64,000 bases of DNA from positions 124,558,001-124,622,000 of the forward strand of contig NC_042998.1 of assembly GCF_006345805.1 (NCBI RefSeq), given 5' to 3'. Shown here piece by piece: positions 38,411 through 53,128 of the stretch (the first letter of the stretch is position 1; each line of letters opens with the position of its first letter). The stretch comes from Octopus sinensis. Its lineage: Eukaryota. The notes beneath the pieces are model-generated. The model saw nothing but the letters and a program-made list of their open reading frames with translations. It did no database searches and was not told where the DNA came from. Both the position numbers and the translations under genes were made by a program.

Positions 38411-40164
38411 ACACACATAACCATAGGTGGATAGTCACACAAACTGAATTGAAGACAACAAGTTTGGTATATGCCCAGTCTCACCTCTTCTCATTCATGT
38501 CATAATATTTTCTAATAAACTTATGCGGCAAATGTATGCATAGTACTTCAAACAGAATCTTAGAACAATAGCAGATAAATAGTTGGTCTCTTATTAGATA
38601 TATTAATCACAAACATATTAACATGACCCTTCAAGCTTCATTTCTCTTTGTAAGAGACTCGTGTAATATATTTAAATTGAGCAATGGCATTTTGTTATTT
38701 AATTACATCTCTGACTGTTAAAATAAGCATCCAATCCAAGAACAGCATTGCATAATGCAAATTAAACTCTCTTATTAACATCACTGAACCACAATACATA
38801 GCTTTAAGAACGAGATATCGAAGTATTAGTATTCTTTCATAATAACACATTTTAAAATTATACAAGTCTTACATATTTTATTTTATGTAAGAATTATTTT
38901 ATCCATTTAGATTCAGTTATACTTGGCATCCTTTTCCTTTTTGTTAACTTGAAGTTCAAATATGAAGCGTTCCGTTCCTGTCGGAGTTCTTAAAATTAAA
39001 CATTTCTTTTTACTTTGACCGATCAGGGAAACCGAAAAAATATCAGGTATATTGGCAAGAAGTAGCTTCCTTCCTGCTTTTCTATACACAAAGTATTGTT
39101 TCGAAATATTATACTGCTTTCGTACTTCTAGTGATCACAGTTATTGAGTTTTAACAATTATATGGAAATTATGGACAGTTAGATTATATAAATCATTATG
39201 AACATCAAGTGTCATTATTTTAGCACTATTTAGGAGCATGAGACAGGCAGGAAAAAATTTGAGAAACATTTCGCTGTTATTTCTAGCAGATCCTGTAAGC
39301 TTACAGAAAATTCCCTCATTGGGTCGTATTACTCAAGTTAACTATGGTTATTTTACAACTAAGTGATGTGATACGCAATGAAGACGACAAAGGAATGGTA
39401 AAACAGCCTGCTCAGTAGCGATTTAGGCTTGAAGGCCAGTGCCCCAAGCAATTGGCAAACTGAGTCTTTCATAAATAAATATAGAAGTGTGTTCATATCG
39501 ATACACATATATTGCATACAGAAGAAAGAATAAGTGTAAAAAAGACACGTATATGTAATTATACATGCACACGTACGCACACACGCACGCACGCACGCAT
39601 ACACACATGAACACAAATTGAGTCAAATACATATGCATGAAAGAACAAGGGTGTTACAGCTTCTGAATTTTAATATGTGTGTATGCGTTTGTAAAAGACT
39701 GTGCAGCTACCTTTATAAATGTTTGTAGTTATATGCAAGTTTGTATGTGGCTACATGAATAAAACATTTTAAAGTTTTTAAAATAAATTTAATTAAATTT
39801 ATGCTTTTTTTTTTCTTTTCCTCCGCAATCAATTGCCTTTATCTTCCAACAAGACAGTATTCGGGAGAAATGATTAATCATACATTAGCGATAAACATAA
39901 TTTACTATCATTGTTATAAGTCTTGAATGTTCAGTGGAGAGATAAGACAAAATTCCACCAATGGAATATTTGATTAATAACCCTTAATGAATGGAAAATA
40001 TTTATAATGTAAAGAGAAAACTGAATCATATTGCGATAATATACTTGCGTGTGTGTGCACGCTTGCATGCGCGCACGTGTGTGTCTATATATATTTATGT
40101 ATATATAAATATATATACATGGATACATTGAAATGCGCACACACACAAAAGCACACACACACAC

Positions 40165-40212
<48 letters not shown>

Positions 40213-40499
40213 TTAAATGATATATCATATGCTTTACTAATCAATATATCTAAATACCCGTTAGCTTTAGCTACGCACTTGTGATATTTTGTCGTCATCC
40301 ACCTCAGTTACTAAGCAGGAAAATGAATGATATGTAATAAGCTGAGAAATACATAAAACTATAGAAAAATATTTCAAGGTGGTAGTCCTGTACGGCTTTG
40401 GCCTTAATGGGGGAAATTTAACTAAAGAAATATAAACGAAGGAAATTAATGTATTATCTATTTCATAATACGCAGAAGGAAGGGAAAGTAAAGAATAGA

Positions 40500-40594
40500 T
40501 GAACGAAGAAAAGCAAGAAACAAACAAACAAGCAAAAAGACAAAGAAAGAACGAAAGAAAGAAGGAACGAAAGAAAGGAAGAACGAAAGAAAAA

Positions 40595-40654
<60 letters not shown>

Positions 40655-40745
40655 AGGAAGAAAGAAAGAAAGAGAAAGAAAGAAAGAAAGAAAGAAAGAA
40701 GGAAAGAAAGAAAGAAAGAAGGAAAGAAAAAGATGACGGAAAGAT
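40500..40745. repeat. (GAAA)n purine-rich microsatellite
   Basis: Direct reading. Confidence 0.95.
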
Positions 40746-40996
40746 AAATGGTAAAAATATTGGATCTGAATTGGGTAAGAATATGGGTTCTAATATAACA
40801 ATAGTGCATCCACGAAGCTCTGCCGGCCTACAAACAGCATTTAGTCGTTTTTTTAAGATGTTTCAAAATGTTTTCTATTGTTCCTGATCAATTGGGAATC
40901 AGAAGATAAAATATCTCTCTACCGCAAGAAACTGGTTTATTAGCAACTTTATTCTCAATCAGTTTTGTATTTCTTTATTCATTTTTATACTAAAAA

Positions 40997-41338
40997 AAAA
41001 AGCACCCTCAATAATTAACCTTCTATCATGACATCAAAGATCCAATTAAATAATCAATAAAGAACTTCGATGTAATTTGACAGATGCGGGTTGCGTGTGT
41101 AAGTGGAATGAGTAAGAAGAAGTGTTATTTCGGAATTGTCTTGTTTTTTTTTTCATTATGTATATTTTTAATATTTTCTTTTGGTGTTGGCGGTTTTGTT
41201 ATGAGTCGTGTTTTTCTCTTCAGTTCATAAAACAATGAAATAACGCCCTACATTTTACTAGAAGTAGGGATGGATTCCATTAATTTCCTTCTTTTAGAAA
41301 CGTGTTTGTGTGTGTATGTGTGTGTGCGCGCGTGTGTG

Positions 41339-41381
<43 letters not shown>

Positions 41382-41871
41382 CTGTGTGTGTGTGCAGCAA
41401 GGGAGGTATATGAAATTAGTAAGGAAAGATCTTTAAAAATAGATGTGCGTATGTGTATGTTTGTGTGAATATATGGTTTGAGCGTACGCTGTATAGTTTA
41501 TACGTTATAATATATAATAATGGCCGTGTAGTTAAGAAACTCGCTTCCGAAATGTATGGTTATAGGTTCAATCCAACTGCGAAGTATTTGGGGAAGTGTC
41601 TCCTGCCACACCTTCAATTCATTTTTTCCAAAAAAGAACCCTCAATAATTAAGCTTCTATCATGACATCGAAGATCCAATTAAATAATCAATAAAGAACG
41701 ATGTAATTTGACAGATGCGGTGGCGTGTGTATGTAGAATGAATAAGAAGTGTTATTTCGGACTTGGCTTGTTTTTTTTTTCCTTTATGTATATGTGTAAT
41801 ATTTTCTTTTGGTGTTGGCGGTGTTGTTATAAGTCGTGTTTTTCTCTTCAGCTCATAAAACAATGAAATAA
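40997..41871. repeat. Diverged direct repeat of about 245 bp (40997-41243 and 41631-41871)
   Basis: Shared ccctcaataattaa...ttctatcatgacatc...aagatccaattaaataatcaataaagaac...gtcgtgtttttctcttcag...tcataaaacaatgaaataa. Confidence 0.9.
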
Positions 41872-41924
41872 GAGAAATTTGGAAATCCCAGGCTTTGCGG
41901 TAACCTTCGCATCATTTGCATATA

Positions 41925-41926
41925 GG

Positions 41927-42014
<88 letters not shown>
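41925..42014. repeat. (GATA)n microsatellite
   Basis: Direct reading. Confidence 0.97.
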
Positions 42015-42346
42015 CACACATGCATATAGTTTATATCGCTAGCGAGGAGATAAATCACTAACGTCTCAAATATTACCACCAGTATTATGCCCATGTCTCT
42101 CAAGCAAAAGTAATATGATCCTCTTTCAAAAATTGTTTTATATATATAAATATATCAAGTAATGAAATATGACTTTAGAATGTCATATTTCACTAGTTGC
42201 ATTCTTCGAAGGGATTTGTGTACAGAAAGGTAGAGTAGGTGTGAAAAGGAGGTAGTGGGAGTAAAATACGACGGAATATCAAAGGAACCATCACTAACTT
42301 TCTTTGCGACACAAATTGAAAAACTGATTTACCTCAGAGTATAATA

Positions 42347-43585
42347 TTGTGTCATCCCATAAATAATGCGGCTTTTCATACTTTTATTTTTCAAAATTAA
42401 GATAAACAAAGTCCTTTTTTTTAAAATATACTTTCCTTCATTTTCTACAATGCTCTGCTGTCTGTCTGTTAGACGAGCAAGGCTCCTCTTCCAAAATTCA
42501 ATTGTCTGTGACGAAAAATACTCCTCCAGTACTGTTCTGACATCGTCTACAGAATTCATATCTTTTCCAACCAAATGATTTTGGAGACTGCGGAATAAAT
42601 GATAATCAGGTGGGGCAATGTCCGGCGAATATGGTGGGTGAGGCATAGTTTCCCATTCAACCTACTCCAGCCTTTGGTTGTCATCCCTACTGTATGTGAC
42701 AGAGCATTATCCTGACGCAAGAACACCTTTCATCTTGAAACCAAATGTTTTTCTAACGCTTACTTGCGCCGCTCAAGCTGCTCGCAGTAGATGTCCTTTG
42801 TGTTTAAGTGGTGAAAGTGGACTAAACCTTTCATATCCCACCAAACAGATAACAACAACTTACGTAGGTGAAGACCTTCTTTAGCCTGGGGTGTCAGCAT
42901 TTCTCCTTTCTGTACCCACTGTCGCCGGTGCTCGACGTTTTTATAGGGAACCCATTTCTCGTCACTAGTCATTATTCGGTCCAAAAACGTTCATTCGCGA
43001 GACGTTATAGCAAAGAAGAGCATACATCCACTCTCTGCGCACGATTAGATTCGGAAAGTTTGTGAGGAACCCATTGACCAAATTTGCTTAATTTTTCCAA
43101 AGGCACGCAGGTGTCGATGGATGGTTGAATGGCTAAATCCAAGCTTCACTCCTAGTTTCTCAACAGTTAGGATTTTGTTCTACCATGGTTTGCAGGACGG
43201 CCTCGCCGAGCTCTTCAGATCTTTCAGGACGCGACTCGTTTTCTAGGCTGTAGCTTCCGGCTCGGAATTTTTGGAACGACCGTTGACCCTGGCTTACGCT
43301 TATTGTCCGATCCCCATATATTCCTAGCACTTTACGTTGTGTTGTTGCCTTTATTGAACTCATAAAGCAAAATATGCCGAATATGCTCCTTTATTACTTC
43401 CATTATAGCTTTCGAAAAATAACTGTTAAAGTCGAACTGCACTCTTCAAAACTTGCATTAAGAATAAGTACAAGGTAAAATTACTACCTGCTTTTATAGA
43501 AAGTTGATGCAGGTAGTTTATCCTGACCCTTCCGATTGTTGGCTCATGCAATTTAAAAAACCTCATTATTTATGGGATGATCGAA
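42347..43585 (-). mobile_element. Full-length decayed mariner
   Basis: TIRs ttgtgtcatcccataaataatgc and tcattatttatgggatgatcgaa. Transposase fragments WFQKFRAG (about 43270), WVPH (about 43070), RIMTSDEKWVPY, LLLSVWWDMKG, DNAL, PHPPYSPDIAPPDYHLFRSLQN. Confidence 0.92.
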
Positions 43586-43614
43586 AATATGTAAGTACAG
43601 CGGTAAATATATGC

Positions 43615-44045
43615 AATGGTTAAATGACCAAATCCAAGCTTCTCTGTTAGTTTCTCAACAGTTACGTTGGGATTTTTTCCACCACAGTTTGGAGAAATGT
43701 CTTCGTCGAGCTCTATAAATTTTCCAGGATGAGGCTCGTTTTCTAGGCTGTAATTTCTGACTCGGAATTTCTGGAACCACCGTTAACACTGGCCTACGCT
43801 TATTGTCCGATCCCCATATACCGCATTAATATTCCTCGCACTTTCTGTTGCGTTATTGCCTTTATTGAACTCATGAATCAAAATATGTCGAATATACCCC
43901 TTTGTCACTTCCATTATAACTTTGAAAATTGAACTTCACTCTTCAAAACTTGCACTAAGAATAAGTACAATGTATATAATTACTATTTGCTTTTATAGCA
44001 CGTTCATGCAAGTGAAAAAAGCGCATTATTTATGGGATGACCCAA
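43615..44045 (-). mobile_element. 5' fragment of a second copy of the same mariner family
   Basis: Parallels 43125-43585 and ends in the well-preserved TIR gcgcattatttatgggatgacccaa. Confidence 0.88.
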
Positions 44046-45388
44046 CAGTATTCATTTCAGTTACAATAACACTGATATAGTTTATGGAGAAAGTTAATGC
44101 TCTCAGCAGACTATCTTCTATTCTGGCGTGTAATAATGGTTTCACACTTTGGCAGAAGGCCAGCAATTTTGCGGTAGGTGGAAAGTCAGAATGTAAAGAT
44201 GGATGGAATGCCGGAAAGCAGTTTGACCGGCGTCCTTACGATTCTGCCATCTCGCTGCCTTATGCTTGCGTGTAATAACAGACTTCTACATTAAAACTGT
44301 GCGAGTGAATATTCAGTGATACTTTTCCTTCCATTGAGAAGTTTGAGTTTTCCTTAATTTCCACTTCCTATTTTCATGCGATGTGCTTTGTGAACAGGTT
44401 GCTTATGAAGGAGTAACTTTAAGGATAAATTATTAACAGCAATGAAGAGAAATAAGAACAAGAAACGTAAAACATGATGACACAACATTCTATGTATAAT
44501 AAAATTAAGCCCATATATCGCTAGAATGTTGATATGACTAGTACAGGCACGTTCGGTCAATAATCACAAATTCCCTCGAAGCTGTAACACATAAAGATGA
44601 ACGTCGACTATTCTACCGTTTCCATATTTGCCAGTTTATGGCACACATCAAATAAACCGTTCAGATAACCAAATATCACGCATAGAGCTTCTAAAGTCCT
44701 TACCTCAGACGGTAGGCACATGAGAAGTTCCACCGTCTTTCATGCTACTGTGTTGAAATAAATATATAAATAATCAAACATTATATTACTTCAATGCTCA
44801 ACTCGTTTAAACTACAATGTGACCAAATATAAGCACTGCTTACAGGATACGAGCAAGCACCAAGACAACAATTTTTTCATTTACATTTAAAACGTGAAGT
44901 ATGAGCACATTTTGCCATTAAAAATGGAAATTTTTCCTGTATGCTATTATTACCACCAACATTTGAGTTTCTGAAACCTATTCGCCATAGAAAAAAAAAA
45001 CCCCAGCAAATTTGATTCGTCCGGTGTACAATTCATGACACTTATTTTGATGTAATTTATTGAAAACAGCAACAGCTTATTCTTTTAACTATTAGCATTC
45101 CTGCATGTGTTCTTTTAACAACATAGACAGTAATGAAATTATTTTGTAGCTGTTATTTTCTATAGACTATCACTGCCATCTAAACGGGCCAAAAACAGAA
45201 ACTGCCGGGTCATTTTGCTGAAAGTTCATTTTAAACTGAATACATGCATACATACACAGATACATAAAGACAAAGAGAGAGAGAGAGAGAGAGAGAGAGG
45301 CAGATAGACTGACAGATAGATGAAAATAATCACTATAGAAATATATAACATATATAAATATATAAATATAAATATGTATGTATATATA

Positions 45389-45467
<79 letters not shown>

Positions 45468-45489
45468 CTATATATATATATATATATAT

Positions 45490-45599
45490 GGCCTGCTTGC
45501 TTAGCCAGCGGGGTGGCGTCATTCGAAGGCTAAAACAATGCGAACGCATTGTGACCAGCGATATGTAACAACATCTGATGTTCTGGTCGGTCACGTGAT

Positions 45600-45607
<8 letters not shown>
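45490..45607 (+). mobile_element. 5'-truncated SINE inserted in (TA)n
   Basis: Matches the 3' part of 14950-15229; ends in the palindrome cacgtgatcacgtg; (TA)n on both sides. Confidence 0.8.
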
Positions 45608-45645
<38 letters not shown>

Positions 45646-48207
45646 ATATATGCGATGCTAGTATTTATGTAATTTTCATGGTTGAACTGATTATGTCTGA
45701 GCACAACTTTAACATATCTGCGTATAAGCATGTTTTACTGCTTTTTGAAATCGTCTCCAGTCTTGATGAAGATTTATCGCAGTTAATTTATTTTGTACTC
45801 AACGACCTCATATTCTCATGTTAATACTGACACCACTATAGGACCATCGGCATAGCCATGTCAGTTAGACAACAATGTGTAATATGTCTTGTTATTCAGC
45901 TCACTCCTTTTTTTTTTCTTTTCATTTTCGTCGAGAAAATAATCACTTATAATCTATTTGCGTCAATTAATTTGTCAAATAGTCTATAAAATATACTCCG
46001 GTGGTATTTCTAATTTCGAAATCAATATGTTTGCTATGGTCAGCTCTTTTCAATTATTGCCTTTGTAAATCAAATCGATACATATGTCAATTACTACAAG
46101 CTGCACTTGTAATATTGTAACTCGACGACAATAGCTACTCATGGAAATCAGAATTATATATGGATATTATTTTTGTATATGTTATCTATAGACACATACA
46201 TATAATTGTTGCTCTCTTTACACGTAATCAAATGTTGACATGCGCGGAGTTAAAATAACATAAAACTATTATATTGCGATATTATAGGCTGTCTCCAATT
46301 TAATATCATATTTAAGTGGTTTGTATAAGCATATGCACGCATCTGACATTTACATCGTAAAAGTAAATAAAAAAAAAAATCCGCTTGAAAGAAGTATCGT
46401 ATGAACAGTTTCAAACATGCAACTATATGCACATCAATAATGAATAAAACAGGAAAATGCAATTAATGTGTCTACTGAAGTACAATATCGGATTCTGAGG
46501 GCAAAAGAATTCAAGTACACGAGAATTTGTTTTGTTATTTTCAATCTATTCCAAATTAATTTTCTTGATCATTTTTTTTATTATCACCTTCCCTTTATAA
46601 AGATAAGTGTGAACTGAAGATTAATTGACGGAGTCGTTAGAACTTAGTACAGAATCTTTCAAGACATTTATTCTGAATCTCTCGCTCTGAGTTCACATAT
46701 CTCTTTGGCCAACTCTTCTTTTCACATTGAGTCGATAAACAATGTACCGATTCAAGGTGCTGGATTAACGGAACTGCAAGAACCTCGTTCCGGATGCTTT
46801 GTGGTATTTGTGCCGGCTCTTTACGTTACGAGTACAATCCGCCATGTTCTGCAGATGTTACACGGCGCTCGCTTTAACCCTACTATTTTGAGTAATGTAG
46901 TGGAGTTTGCTCTGTTATATTCATTCAAGCCAAGACTTTGGCTTCAGGATATTTCCTGACCTCCCATCAATCTCGAAAATAATGTATAAAGTCATGAACA
47001 CTGCCTTTCCTTCTGATTAAAAGATTAAAACACACGCATATACCCATAAAACGTCGTTGCACAATTAAAGAAAACACACAACACTATATTCTGTCTTCTC
47101 ATGAACTATTTAGAAATAATACTTTCAAAAACTTTAGAAATTCTATCTTCTAATACTTCTAATATATATTATATATCTACAAGATATGTTGTCCAAATTA
47201 CTTCTCACAAGTTAACCCTTCTACATCAGAATTCTAAACAATGCCAAGCGTGAGTATTGCTCATATAACTAGCAAGATGCAGCTGTTAGTGCATGCCTAT
47301 ACTTTCTAGATCACATCTAAAAATACATTTGTCTGGCCGATATTTGTTCATAACCAAACTACAATTCTTATCTTGCAAGTCAAAATATCCTCCCTTTGTC
47401 ACAGTTCCAATGACTTCGACTCTTTGTAATACACATTTTCTGTACTAGTTCACATGATTCATTCGCCTTTTCGCGAGTTGTTAGAATTATACTGTCTAAA
47501 ATTCCAAACTTGCTTTCAGCAATTCATAAAATGGCTTCTTCGAAGATTTGCAATCGTGCTTAACAGAGATCGGTGGTAAAACTACTCGTGATATACCGAT
47601 TACGAGAACTTCGGATTGGGGTCTATTTTGTTTATCCACAATCTAACTGACAATATAACTTCACGTATCTTACACACTCTCAATGGAACGATGAGCCAGG
47701 GAGCAAACATTAAATTCATCACTCTTCATGGGAAATGAATTTATTACACTCTTTTGAGAATCTTCAGATCGTCACCAGTGTCATTCTCTTATCTTTCATC
47801 AGTTATTAGACTGTCGTCATGCTGGAGCACCACCTTGAAGAATTTTTAGTCGAATGAATCGATCCCAGTACTTTTATTTTCCTAAGTCTCGTTTGTCGAA
47901 CCGCTAGAATATATGGAAACTTAAACGTATCAATACCGGTTGTCAAGCTGTGGTGGTGAACAAACACAGGCACAAAGGCATGCACACACACACTCTATCT
48001 CTCTCTTTCTCTCACTCTCTCTTTTTGTATCTCTATCTCTCTCTCCCACTCACACACACACAGACACACACACGACCGCACCACCCATGTATATATATGC
48101 ACACTTATATACATCTGTGTGTGTGTGTGTTCGTGTGTGTGTGTGTGTGTGTTGTGTGTGTGTGTGTGTGTATGTGTCTGTATGTGTGTGTGTATGTGTG
48201 TGTGTAA

Positions 48208-48248
<41 letters not shown>

Positions 48249-48424
48249 GTTGAGTAAAATGTAAGCAATGTTTAGAACCATGAAGAATTTGTACCGGATT
48301 TTTGCAGAGTTCTGAGATATTTTTCAACATTTTTTTCTTTGTTTGCAATTGTCTGATAATACACACATAGACTTGCCCAAATGCATCAATAAATTAACAC
48401 TGATAATTTTTCACAGTTGTTACA

Positions 48425-51400
48425 TTCATTTCGATTTGTTCGTGTATGTTTGTGACGTTGTTCGTAAAGTTTGGTGTAAGTTGTAATATTTGTGTTTAAT
48501 TGTTGAATTTTCACTGTTGATTTATTATGTTGTTGAACTATTGTTGAGTGATTTTAAACACCTATTTTTCTGCTTCTTGCTGACGTTTGTTAACGTTTCC
48601 CAACTATGTGAAGGGGGAAAATATTGTTGTATTTTTCAAAAACAAAAAATGGACAAATCACCTATTAAGACCAAGACCAGTAGTGAACCTGGTACAAGTG
48701 AAGATATCAGGAGTGAAGAAGGCAGCACAGTTTTAATTAGCATGTCGACAGAAGAGCTTATGCAAGAATGAAAAGCTAGCAATTTTGCAGCAGCGGCCGA
48801 TGTTTCAAAGAAGACAATTAATTGTGGAAGCGATGAGCTAGGAAAATACGAAGGTATGATGAAAAGGGAGGGGAGCGAAATAGTGATTATCCTTCCCAGT
48901 GAAACGACGTAGAATGCACTGCGGTGCACCGTGATATATAAATCATTTGTGACCAAAGTAAAAAGAAAAATGGATAATTCAAGTAAAGCTGTGCCTCCGT
49001 CCAGTTAGGAACGACGTGGTATACATCGCAAGAGGAGTGAAGTATGCCATAATAGAAGTCCGTTTTAAAACTGAGGAAAAATTGAAAGAAGCATCAACTG
49101 AGCCATTAAAAACTGCCAGTTGTTTCTCCTACCTGCTTATCTTGGAAGACAGAATTCCAAGATTAAGATAGGAGACATCCCACACGAAGTAGATCCCGCT
49201 TATCTGGTGGCAGCCATAATAAACGGCTTGGAGTATAAGATCAAAAGTCTCCAAGCCTCAGCGCTTGGATTGCAGAATAGGCAGGAGCAAGGCCTCTAAA
49301 TGATTATACAGGCTGCCCAGGCTGAGTTAGAAGATATTCTAGAATCTATACAGGTGAGAAGACTAAACAGCGAGACACGGTAGATAGGAAGATGCCTCGT
49401 ATCTACAAGTGCAGCCAAAAAAGCCACTTTAGGGCCGAGTGCAAACCTCCTCCCAAAAAAGCAGCGACTTCCCAATCTAAAGAAAAACAAAGAGAAGACG
49501 CTGCAGGTGAAACGCAGGATGAAACTTCGGAAAGGAAAATATAGGAAGAGGAGATAAAGGAAGCCCAAGTAGAAAAGTGGGAAATTTTCTCCAGAAAAAT
49601 AAAGAAAAAGACCCTCCCCATACAACCCCACAACCCTACATCAAAACAAAAAAAAACAACAGATCACACAACTACAAAAAAAATCCCAGCCCAAAATATT
49701 CCTCCACCCACCTAGACATGAATTACACTGCAGTAGTGACGACTAAAAAGTCACTACTGTAGCGACTAAAAGACATACCAAATGCGACCAACGTAACCAA
49801 AGACTACGAGGCAATAATATCCCCCAAAACATTGCTATTTATTAAATAGATAGAGCTAATTATAACATGTTGGCAAACCGATTTAAAAGCGACATGCGCC
49901 TTCTGAGGAAAAAGAAAAGGAATGAGGTGGACGTACCACCCCATCTCAAACTGTAAGTAGAAGCATTATGGATATTCTTAATGTAGGGTGTTTGAATGTA
50001 CGCAGCTTGGGATCAAAGTGGAAAGAAGGTCGTTTCTTTAATGACCTCAGGTCGCATAGAATGGATATTATAGTTGCCACGGAGTCCAAACTGAGTAGTC
50101 AAAGAGACTTTCCCCTCTCTAAATGGCTACAAAAAATTATTTCTCCATGCCTACCTGGAGGAGGAAGAGGCGTTGCTGTACTGCTCAGGAAAAACCTGGA
50201 TTTAGAGGCAAGAACTATCTTCATCGGCGCGGAAAGTAGGTTGGTCGTTGACACGAAGCAGGAGTAGGGTCTTCAAGCTAGTAGCTATCTACGCTCCCGC
50301 GGGAACTGGACAATCTCTTTTTTTTTAACCCTGGAGAAGTTTCTTGGGACGTCACACAATATAGTAATGTTAGGTGAGTTTAGCGTAATCTGCGATGCAC
50401 GCGTAGATTACGGTGGATCGTCTACTGATAGGAGAAACCCGTGCTTCAGTAATCTACTCAGTCGATTTCTGCTATCAGATAGGTACAGACTAGATGTCCC
50501 AAATGCTCCATTGTGGACATGGACTAATAGCGATGGGTCATCTAGGTCTCACTTAGACGGATTCTAATTTAGGAAATAGACAAAAAACCTAGTTAGTCGT
50601 CTACAATTTCACTATGTCAGCTACAGTGATCACAAATTTGTGACTTGTAGGCTGAACTTAGATAAGTTATATAGAGAGGAATCCGGTTACTGGAAACTCA
50701 ATAAGTCACTTTTGGCTCATGAGGAGTACAGGAATCATATTAGACAGTTAGTGACAAGGGCATTATGTGGGGCCATTAACAACAAATGGTGGCATACCCT
50801 CAAAAGAGCCATAAAAGTTGAGTCTATTAGATATAGCAAAGAATTAGTGATGCTTTAGACGAAACACTGGAATCTGGCTCTGCGCCCCGAACTTTAGCTG
50901 CGAGAATAGCGCTTAACCATCGCCTGGAGGCCAAAAACGAAGGATACATAGTCAGGGCTAAGCAACGGGCAATGCGTCGGGAAGGAATCAAAGCCGCGGG
51001 GTGGTCCCGTGTGATAGACACCCAATGTAGCAATAATGGGACTATAAGGTCTTTGATGAATAATCAAGGAAATTTGGTAAACGAACCGGAGGAGATGTAT
51101 AAGGTCTTTCAGGAGCATTTCGTCCTGCTTTTCGGGAGGGCTGGAATAGAGGAGGGACCTCACGGACTTCCTCTCTGGTGTGCTGCGTCTCTCGGGACGG
51201 GAAGTGAAGTGCTGTGAGGGGCCGATCACGGCTGCAGAGGTGCAGGAGGTTTTGTCGGACTGTGGCAGGGACAAGTCGCCTGGACTAGATGGTCTCACCT
51301 ACGAGCTTAATAGCAGTATGCTAGACTTGTTTAGCTACCTACTGGCATGCGTCTTCACCAACTGGAAACAGAATGAGTTTATACCCAGATCTGTAATCCA

Positions 51401-53128
51401 GGGAATGGTGACGTTGCTTAGAAAGGTCCCAAACAAGGGGAATATTATAGATAATTTCAGGCCCATCACTCTGCTTAACACAGAGTTGAAGATTTTGGCA
51501 AAAAAGTTGGCGCGTGTCGTTAGTGGATCGTCGGGGAGGCACAAACTTGTGTCGTTCCTGGCAGATCCATACACGATAATCTCCATCTTCTACGTTACAC
51601 CTTAGAGAGGATTAACGGGTCTCCTGGCAAGGTTGGGGCTCTGTTTCATTTAGACCAGTCCAAAGCTTTCGATAGGGTTGACCATCGGTATTTGGTGTCG
51701 GTCCTCGCAGTATTCGGCCTCGGGCCCGTCTCCCACGGGTGGACCATTGCTCTAAACAGTAACATCGACTCGATCGTTCTGGTGAACGGGGTCTTCTCGA
51801 AGCTGTTCAACATCAAGCGCTCTGTTCGTCCAGGGTGTCTTCTCTCCATACTTCTGAATGTGTTAGCTCTAGAGCCCTTACTGCGGAAACTGGAAGGCTT
51901 GAAGTGCGTTCCACGCGGTCTAGGTTGCAGTTAGAAGGTGTTGGCGTATGCAGATGACATCACTATCATCGTGTCCGAGATGGTACACCTACAGAAGGTA
52001 GGCAAAGCCATTAAGAACTATGAGACGGTGACATGAGCAAAAGTTAACCGGGATAAGTCAGTCGGCTTGCAACTCGGCACTTGGAGAGGCAAGACGATAC
52101 CTCCTAACAATGTCGAAGGGCGTTGGACGGATGGGCCGGTTAAAATGCTCGGGGTTTCGTTTGGCATAGACCTCCAGATAGAGAAGAATTGGAGCGAGGT
52201 GACGAGCAGGATGAACCACCTAACTCAGACCTGGTCGGAGCGGCGGCTATCACTGAAAGGAAGGGTGGAGGTCACAGGAGTGTTTATCGCTTCTGTGATT
52301 ACCTACCACCTAACCGTCGTGCCTTCTCTGACACACGGGCAACGCCAGCGGCAGGTGGTCCACCTCGGCATTCTATAGAGGCTTGGTAGAGGCTCAATGG
52401 GACGACATCCTAGTGGAGACTCTAGGCTTTGATGATAATCAACTAGCCGGCCTGGCAGTGTTACTGAGGAGCTTTACCAGTTTGCGATAAAGTCGCAAGG
52501 CATGGTACCCCTTGTTCACCCATGTGCCCAAGATGCGATCAGGACAGGGAAACCGTTCTGCACGCGATTGTGCAATGCCCCAAAATTTCTGAAATGTGGG
52601 TTTACGTTGAACACCTGCTGTCACGGTAGGGAAGATTACAACTGTCTTCCGAGCCGATTGTAAAGATTGTTCCGCCTCTCTCTTTTAATAAAGGCAAGCC
52701 TTGTTTTCTCGCTGTGGTCGCTATAGCAAAAGAAGTGGTATGGAAGAGCCGCGTGAAAGGAATCATTACAGGCATCATCATTTCCATCCTTAGACTGGTT
52801 AATTGCCTCATTTACCACCTTAAGAGGAAAATAAGGGTGGAGAGAAAATACATGTCACCTGATGTATATGGAAAAAGATGGAAGGCTCTAGCGAGTTTGG
52901 TGAGAATAAATGAACCCACATAGTATTTCAATAAGGTTATACAAAAGTTTACAGTCGTGACTCGGTGCTTGCGGGGTCGAAGCTAAACCCATCCCCCATT
53001 TCAGAGTATGTCTTATTGTTTGTTGTCCTCCGATTTATATAATTTTTTTTGATCATTGGTTTTTATCGACCCATCCCTCATTTGTATCGTCCCCCCTATG
53101 TTTGTTCCCCTGTGAGCAATAAAGAAAT
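48425..53128 (+). mobile_element. Near full-length decayed L1/Tx1-clade LINE (4704 bp) with a 10-bp TSD
   Basis: TSD agttgttaca at 48415-48424 and 53129-53138. ORF1 carries a degenerate knuckle YKCSQKSHFRAEC. ORF2 APE motifs VGCLNVRSL, IVATESKL, VAIYAP, WTWTN, SDHKFV, YWKLN; RT motifs KSPGLDGL, NFRPITLLNTELKILAK, LDQSKAFDRVDH, AYADDITI. The 3' end is aataaagaaat. Confidence 0.93.
49968..52950 (+). pseudogene. LINE ORF2 (APE endonuclease + reverse transcriptase), disrupted
   Basis: Motifs as listed for the element, in multiple frames with stops. Confidence 0.9.
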
